Below are positions 53,355-64,000 of a DNA stretch of 64,000 nucleotides, piece by piece (positions within the stretch are counted from its first letter, which is position 1; every line of letters starts with the position of its first letter). Source of the stretch: Paragordius varius. Lineage: Eukaryota > Animalia > Nematomorpha. A program made the position numbers and the translations under genes. The stretch covers positions 1,922,001-1,986,000 of the forward strand of contig OZ176057.1 of the NCBI GenBank assembly GCA_964247055.1, read 5' to 3'. Under the pieces are notes generated by a model. The model had not been told where the DNA came from. It saw only the letters and a program-made list of their open reading frames with translations, and did not search any database.

Positions 53355-54465
53355 TAAAAAATATTTTGATGAGGAATATATATTCGGATAGGAAATGTAT
53401 AAAGATTACCTTAGTCTTTTTAAATTTGGCCCTTAACACTTTTTTGTGGTAATTGCGCCATATAAAAAATGGCAAAATTTTCTCATATTTTGCTTAATAA
53501 GTTTTTTTTGGTAAAAAGTAAACATTCTATAACATAAATATTATTAATAAATAAAAATTATATTAAATAAAAACAATACTTTAGATGTGGACTCGAAAGT
53601 CCTATTTTTTCGCTCTGGGGTATTTCAAAATAAACGCATGCGATAAGAAGTTTTATATATATGCTAAATGTTGATATTAACAAAAAATATTTTTTAAAAA
53701 AATATACTTTTTGAAATTTATTATTTACCAATTAAGCATACTTCATTGCTATTTTGAAACCTGATGGATTCGGTATATCTTTTTAATATATCATAAAAAT
53801 TATTTTAAATAAATCGATGATGCTGAACATTTCTTTCACCTCCGAATTTCGATTAAAATATCTGTTCTTCATGGATGTTAAATATATATTGTGATTTTTT
53901 ACATTATTTACCAAAATTAATAGCAAATACATTAAATTAGAATTAAGCGATAGTAACGTTTAGCATTATAAAATTATATAGATAAAGTGTGCTTATTATA
54001 TCATAAAACTTTAAATTGTTTCCAGTACGCTTTAACGAAATTTTTGTTAAAAATTAAATTTTTGAAAAAAGTATGCATTAGTTAATAACAAAATTAAGCT
54101 TTTATTCCTTTTTATCGCGCAATACCGGCTTTTTGATTTTATTTGAAGAAAACTAGCACATTTAGAAGAGCGAAAAAAATTGCGACTCTTAGAGCTTACA
54201 TCTAAAAAAAATCTACATGTTGTTTATAATATATTTTAGTGATATTTATGGAATGAAGCATTTACCTTTCACGAAAATTTATCCATAAAAATGTGCGCAA
54301 AATATGCCATTTTTGGTATGAAACGAACCACAAAAGTGTAAATAACTTTCTTAGAGCTCGTTACGGCTAAAAAAACACCAAGATAATCCTGATATATTTT
54401 CCTATGTGAATCTATAATTTTCATCCGGATTAATTACCCCCTGGTTTTGTATACTGATTAAAAAA
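53355..54465. mobile_element. long-TIR non-autonomous element, same family as 38940-39960
   Basis: ATAGGAAATGTATAAAGATTA / GATAATCCTGATATATTTTCCTAT inverted ends; shared internal motifs. Confidence 0.6.
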
Positions 54466-55479
54466 TTTTAACTTGAACGGAATTCGTCCGTTTATTTAGG
54501 GGTGAAATGTTTTGGGACTTTCGAAGCCCACATCTATAATTTTTAAATGTTATTCTTAATATAGTACATCATATTTTTATGATATTTTTGGGGAAGCATT
54601 AAGTCCAAATAAAATATATCAAAATAATGTGCGCTAATGTTGCAATTTCACCCAAAAGTAAAACTTTCTTATGTCACATGTAAGCCCCAAAACCATATGC
54701 ATCATATAATCCTGATACATTTAATATCAAATTAGATCTCATTAGCATATATTCTTTACGCCACGATTTTCGAAGCACTGTTATGACAACAAAAAAAAAT
54801 TCCAAAAAATGGATGTGTTTAAAATAAAAATTGGAAAATTGTGAGTAATTGATTATATTGTGAAGCATGGTGATGGTAAAACGCTAAATTTATTAAAACG
54901 ATTTATATAAAATTTAGAAAATCGGAAATTTTTTGGCGGAAGGCGCGATATCCATATAAGTTAAAAATCTAAGGAGAGACTAATCAAGTTGCAATTTATA
55001 TATATTAGAATATCTTATTTAACATTGAAATGTATACCACCTTGCAAATTGTGAGACGCGTTTCGTCCTTATTGTGAACTGATCAGCATACATAATAAAG
55101 GGTGATTACTCAGTTAAGGGATTACATATGTATTGAGCTTCAGACAATTTAAAATCGAATAGAGTCGGTTAAGTGAATATTCACTTAGAGTTCATATTAG
55201 ACAAACGATTTTATAGAAGAGCCTGATATTATAACTCCTTATAATCCTTATCCAGGATTAAGCTTTTTATAATTATTATAAATTCTTATTTCCATTGCCT
55301 CCTATTTTAAATTGAAAATTGTTTTCCTTCTATGCACATTTTTGAATATTAACATAACTCCTATTAAATTTTAAAAACCACGAATTTTTTAATGCAAATT
55401 CTGATGTGATTGAAGTTTCAGCATAATTAAAATAAAGTGTTTTTATAATATACTAGCGTAAATCTCGTTCGGGCTTCTC

Positions 55480-55501
55480 GGGGGGGGGGGGGGGGGGGGG
55501 G
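55480..55501. repeat. poly-G run (other G/C runs at ~3722-3742 and ~35391-35404)
   Basis: Read directly from the sequence. Confidence 0.9.
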
Positions 55502-56499
55502 CTATTTGAAAAAAAAGGATCAATAAAATGATCCATATATGTGGATTATTTCAAAACATTAATAGCTATGATCTCATAGGATTTTCTAAACGTTGCATTC
55601 ATACTAATATATTGGTTGCTGGTGTAAAGGCCCCTAATTGGCGGCTAACGGAAAAAACCGCTATACTATAATTTTTACCTTTATATGGGTATACAAAGCC
55701 TTTATTGAACTCGTATGGCTTCTTAAGTTTTTTCAAATAAACGGCTAATAAAAAGGGCCTGACCTTAATTTTTACCCAGTTACGGGTAAGATTTCAAACT
55801 TTAAATGAGCTCATAGAGGCTGATACAAAAAAAGCGCGTGATTTAAATTTTTTGCTTTTTTACGGAGAATACTTGGAATCATGATTGATTCCATATGCTC
55901 TCATTAGTTTTTGGAAAAATAGCCTCAAAACTAAAAAATCATTCTATGGTGGCGTATTTTTTAGGGCGTGATGGGCCTAATTAACGGCTATTTTAAAAAT
56001 CCGTACGACCTAAATTTTTGCCTTGTTACGTGTAATATTTTATGACCTGATATTTCTGACATTTAACCCCAAAGGCAATCCATTTCGATGTGGCGGGTCG
56101 GTTTTTAGCGGGTATCTCTTTCTCAGCAGCTATCATCAAAAAAATTGAATAAAATTTTTCCCTTTTAACAGGGAATACTTGGGATCCTTATTAAATTTTT
56201 ACGGTCTCATACCTTGGGCGAAAAATAGATTTAAAAAATTATTTTTGTGGACTTTGTTTTTTGGAAAAAATGGCATTTTACGGGGGGAGCGGGTAAAAAG
56301 AGGGCCTAAATTAAAAAAGCGACCGACAATGTTCAGCGCAATCGAAAATAAGTAAACAAAAATTATATTTGAAAGCGAATGGTCCAACACGTTCTCCGGA
56401 AAATTGTCTCAAAGACACGATTTTTGTGGACTTGTGTTTTCAAAAAAACCGTTTTGTACACGGGGTGGGGAACTGGGGGCCAAAATCAAAAAAGGAGAA

Positions 56500-57230
56500 G
56501 CTAACTACTGAAGAAAACGGTCCTAATTTAAATTTATGCCTTTATCCTAATAAAAAATATTATGCCAAAATATCCAACTCAAATTTTGCTTTGAAAAAAA
56601 GTTCCATGTCAAACTTCATCGACGCCATTTTTATTTTACAAAATTTTTGAATATCGTTTTCATTTAATTTTAAGGGTAAAATTAAAACTAATTTTTTTTA
56701 TTTAAATCACATCAAACATTGATAGAAATAGAAAGTGCGGTTTATTTTGTATTATTAATTAATTTTACCATTGAACACATGCCACGTCTACAGAATTATC
56801 TTTGGGTTTTAGCTTAAAATAAGTAATATTAAGTATTTTTGAATAAATTCTTCTATGTCTTTCGATTTATTAACGAGTGCAAAATTTTGCCATGGTTTCG
56901 ATTCCTTCCATATTTTTTAAAGAATTTAATTTTAAACAGGCCTGGGGTATTTAACCACCCCAATTTGAATCGAAAGACTGAAATGAATGTGTTGTATCCA
57001 AGTATTAAATGAAGACGATATTTTGCAAATAAATTGTAAAATAAAAATAGCGTCGAAATAGTTTGACATGGACTTTTTTTCGAAACAAAATTTTATTTGG
57101 ATATTTTCGCATATTTATATAATTTTTATAAGGATAGGAGCAAAATTTAAATTGGGACCCTTTAGTACTAAAATCCTAACTCAAATTTAGTCTGGGGTAT
57201 TTAGATACCCAAATTTGAATCGAAGAGTTT
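56500..57230. mobile_element. TTAA-MITE family copy plus an adjacent inverted partial copy
   Basis: 56500-57006 is colinear with 40560-41066; 57010-57230 is the reverse complement of the 5' part. Confidence 0.7.
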
Positions 57231-57666
57231 AGCGATATAGCTCATTTTATAAGAGAAAAAAAGTTGGGACTTTGGGATCCAACATCTAAAAATAAAATTT
57301 TTTGAATATATTGTTTGCTTTTTATAGATGTTTATTATTTAAAATGAAGTCTCTTTCACAAATAAATTTTAAAAAATGGGCGTAAATTTTATCTGTGGAG
57401 CACTTACTACAAAAGTTTAAATATTTTTCTTATCCAAAATAATCCTGATACATTATCCCACAAAATTTATATATTGTAATTGCTTATGTTTTATGCCCTC
57501 TATTTTGGACGCAGTAAGATAGGCCAAAACCAAAAGGTTAAAAAGGCTTACCACCGGGTACATATGAATAAAAATCACTTTGCAACCTCCTTGTCTTAAG
57601 CCATTGTAAATAGACATTTATTTTATTATGACATACGAATATATTTACTCCCACATAATCCTGTTG

Positions 57667-57981
57667 TTATCCCGTAAATCTAACATCGGCAATCATATTT
57701 TTGACATCAATATTCTGTCCACATAATTGAAGGTTGTTTGAAACCGATGGATTGAGAGTGTAACCCGCTTTTTTGGTCAAAACAAGAATTTCCAAAAGTT
57801 TTTTTAGATCATTATGTTTTAGATTGCAGTGGGATGGATGAGAATCTAAATTAGTTATTAAATCATTTCTTTTATAATAGTATCTAAAAGTATCGTGATA
57901 ACCAGTATCCATATTTGCAATCGTCTGAAGGCCTATATTTGAGTCAATCAAAAAAATTATTGCAAATAATATCAAAAGCAT
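57667..57981 (-). CDS. orphan 104-aa ORF with predicted signal peptide
   Basis: True ATG, hydrophobic N-terminus MLLILFAIIFLIDSNIG, two Cys, not within a repeat seen elsewhere in the window. No family recognised. Confidence 0.45.
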   Translation of the reverse strand: MLLILFAIIFLIDSNIGLQTIANMDTGYHDTFRYYYKRNDLITNLDSHPSHCNLKHNDLKKLLEILVLTKKAGYTLNPSVSNNLQLCGQNIDVKNMIADVRFTG

Positions 57982-58169
57982 TAAAAAAAACTAAGCTTAT
58001 AATAAAAAATAAATATATCATATTGCAGTTTAATAAACCATATGACATTATAATTTTAGTGGATAAAATAGCTAAATTTTAATATAGTCCAAAACTGTAT
58101 AGTTTTTTTTCAATAATTTTTGATTGTGCTAAAATTATATCCATTGCGCTGTAAGAATGGGTTATTTAA

Positions 58170-61100
<2,931 letters not shown>

Positions 61101-61935
61101 TATTTTATGAAAGTATTAATTTTCTCAAATATATAAGTTGGTTATGGTAAAGGAAATTGAAAAAATGGCTTTATTTTTGTTAAAAGTACGCATTGTAAAG
61201 TTTTTTTTATAATTTTTCTTTATTGTGAGAAAAAGTTTTTAATCAAAATTTGCACATTAGTAAAAATTGGAAAAATATAGTAAAAGAATTTTTTTGAAAA
61301 AATAGACAACTAGATTTACATTTTATTATTATCCACACATAAATTAGTAATTTATATTGTTGAGTATGTTAATAATTTCTCTCTTATACTTATATTGAAA
61401 TAAAAACTATAATATATAATAAAAAAATAGAATTTATAATATATAATTCTTTAAATATTTAGTTTAAGCAAACATAAATGATTAAAATATTAAGTTATAC
61501 CAAGTAATTTTTAAGATATTTTTTAAGTAGTTGGAACAGTTGGGGGCTTGGGAATTTACGAACATTTTATAAATTTTAAACAAAAGACCTTAAAAGCTAC
61601 TCATTGATTTAACCTTTTTAGCTGGTTCATTGCTGAATTTGGGAAAATTTATTATTCAGGATTTTTTTTTGAAAAAATCACTTGGATAATGTAAAATTTT
61701 GTATCAACAATTTTACAGTGTCGCTTGTTGGACCCCCCTATATTTCTAAAAATTGATTTTGAAAGTATACTCTAAAAATCAATGTCAATTTCTATACATT
61801 ATTCATTATTTTTTTGTACAAAGCGGAAATTTATATTTTTCAATTGAAAAATATATATTATATATATATATCCCTTTTTAAATCTATTTGTAATAAAATA
61901 GTTCCCATTATTATTCACAATAACATCCCACAATG

Positions 61936-61936
<1 letters not shown>

Positions 61937-62002
<66 letters not shown>
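61937..62002. repeat. (TA)33 microsatellite
   Basis: Read directly from the sequence. Confidence 0.95.
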
Positions 62003-62006
<4 letters not shown>

Positions 62007-62219
62007 TTTTCCACCCTTTTTCAGATCAAAAATAATTAAAAATTGATAATAATAACATAAATTTTAGTAATAAATTTTTGATTTATTTATTTTCGCGGGT
62101 TGTAATTATGTACTGATTAAAATTGTTTTATTTTTTTGAAAAAAATAAACTAAGTTAAAAGGTTATTATTATCTATAAAAATTGATAATTTTTAATATAA
62201 TAAATAAAATATAAAATTT

Positions 62220-62668
62220 ATTTTCGATTCAAATTTGGGTATCTTCTGACCCGAGACTACGTATTTGCTGATATATTTAAAAAATTACTGAAAGAAACGC
62301 TTTCATTATAATTTTATACTTTTATTCAAATAATTTATATATATAAGCCTAAATATTTGAATAAATCCAGTTTTGAAAAAAAAGCTTCATATTAAATTAC
62401 TACGACGCCATTTGTATTTTACAACATTTTTGCAAAATCTATTTATTTGATTCAATGCAAAAATTTAAGCTAATGTTTTATTTTAATCACATCTATTGAT
62501 ATAAACAGAAAAAGTGATTTATTTTGCATTATTTTTATGATTAGCTACTGCACACTTTTAATTAATTCCATATTTTTAGAAATTTCTGGGTTTTAAACAG
62601 GCCTAGAGTCCCCAAAAATCTAATTTGAATCGAAGGACTGAAATGAATGTGTTGTAACCAAGTGTTAC
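62220..62668. mobile_element. TTAA-MITE family, degenerate copy
   Basis: TTCGATTCAAATTTGGGTATC ... GAATCGAAGGACTGAAATGAATGTGTTGTAACCAAGTG. Confidence 0.7.
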
Positions 62669-62814
62669 TAAAATTATAATATAACAAAATGGTATATACA
62701 TGGAGTGAAAAATATACCATATACTTAAGGAGACTACACTTTATGATTCCCATAAAGTCATGTCATCAATCTTTTAAATAATAATAATTACATTATATGA
62801 TATCACTCTTTCGA

Positions 62815-64000
62815 GCGGTTATATCCGTACACTATTTCGCCATAAAACCCTGTCTTAGGCGTCTTCGCGTTTTAGGTTCAGTTTTGCCATGTCCTTCTTA
62901 ACTGTATCTATCCATCGCGTTTTAGGGCGCCCTTTCCCCTCTTGCCTTTTACAATATAATCAATCAACATGTCCGAACCAGCTTAAACGATTTACCATCA
63001 TGTTTTGCGTTACCGGTTTGATTTCCGTACTTCCTCTTATGTAGACATTCTTCACCTTGTCATTCCTCGTTAAACCGCACATCAATCTAAGCATTCTCAT
63101 TTCAGTAACTTCAAAGTGCCTCTTTTCTGATTTCTTTATTGCCATGTCTGTGAGTTGTACATCATTGTTGGTTGTACAACAGCACTGTCTTACCCTTTAC
63201 TTTTAGGTCAATATTTTAGTCGCACAAAACACTTGAGATCCATAATTTGTCCAACTATTTCGAATTTTTGAATTAATATCAAGTGTTCAAGAACCATCTG
63301 CTGCTAATATCGCTCCTAAATATTTGCATTCCTCCTGACCTTTTAATACCCATTATTCTTCTAATTCTATTTCTCGTTTTTTCCCGCCAAATCAGTTCCG
63401 TTTTCTTTTTATTAACTTTTAATCCGCATCGTCGTAACACATCAATCCATTTACCCACCGATTCTTTTAATTCATGCAACTCGTCGGACAGCACTATTAG
63501 GTCGTCTCCATAAAGAAAATACCAGCCATCATGTTGCCCTACTTTTTTTGAAATTTTGTCCATGCATATTATAAATAGTAACGGGCTGATTGCAGACCCC
63601 GGATAGACCCCTTCGTTTATTTTAATAGGACCTGATATTCCCTGGTGTGTTTTAATTTTGGTTTGGTGTAAGTCGTGCATGCTTTTTAAAATCTTTATGT
63701 AACTATTAGGGACCATTTTCCGTCTTAAGCTCCACCATATTGTGTTCCGAGGTATTGTGTCAAATGCCTTTTCAATATCAATACACATACCATGCAACTC
63801 CTTTTTCATTTCTATATGCTTCTCGATTAGCCTTCTTACTGCGTGAATTGGATCAATGATGGATGTTCCTGGAATAAAACCAAATTGATTACCCTCTATG
63901 CTAATCATTTTTCTTATTCTTTTCTCTAGTACTTTCTCAAATAACTTCATTGTATGCGACATCAATCTTATCCCTCTGTAATTATTACAATCATTAATAT
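62815..64000 (-). mobile_element. RTE-clade non-LTR retrotransposon (RT and C-terminus), degenerate, 5' part outside the window
   Basis: ORF 63279-63965 has NQFGF, IDIEKAFD, GVYPGSAISPLLF and YGDD RT motifs. Downstream pieces read EMRMLR..CG..RNDKVKN..RLSWFGHV and GRPKTRW; frameshifted. Confidence 0.92.

Noticed and set aside
55020-55400. Possible Penelope-like remnant (ACGCGTTTCG motif)
   Set aside because: Only a short motif; no convincing RT or GIY-YIG translation.
61799-62035. ORFs with YI repeats (also 2680-2992)
   Set aside because: Artefacts of stop-free TA/TG microsatellites.
61540-62200. Remaining AMMECR1 exons (expected ALKDSRF.. onward)
   Set aside because: No matching translation found; they presumably lie beyond position 64000.

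Overview
This is a very AT-rich, transposon-dense stretch of a eukaryotic, animal-like genome; it is not prokaryotic and there is no CRISPR array. I could not identify the organism. By hand-splicing I recognise four host genes with confidence: RPL28 (+, 4 exons), SEC22B (-, 5 exons), PHAX (+, 5 exons) and the 5' part of AMMECR1 (+). I also see a two-Ig-domain single-pass membrane gene resembling FAM187A (+), a glycoprotein-like exon of unknown family (-) and a 104-aa orphan ORF with a signal peptide (-). Most other sequence is decayed DNA transposons (hAT Blackjack-type and Buster/SPIN-type elements with 8-bp TSDs, TTAA- and TA-flanked MITEs, long fold-backs) and RTE-clade LINE fragments. Main observations: (1) candidate ultra-short GTA..TAG introns of 23 nt (SEC22B), 25 nt (AMMECR1) and possibly 27 nt (Ig gene) sit alongside multi-kb TE-filled introns; (2) a ~1.1-kb minisatellite in SEC22B intron 4 is built from the preceding exon end and its 5' splice site; (3) a hAT element carries an inverted copy of its own transposase region, forming a fold-back; (4) a hAT is inserted 93 bp upstream of the RPL28 start codon. 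All gene models are manual and have no RNA or database support; comparisons with human proteins are from memory.
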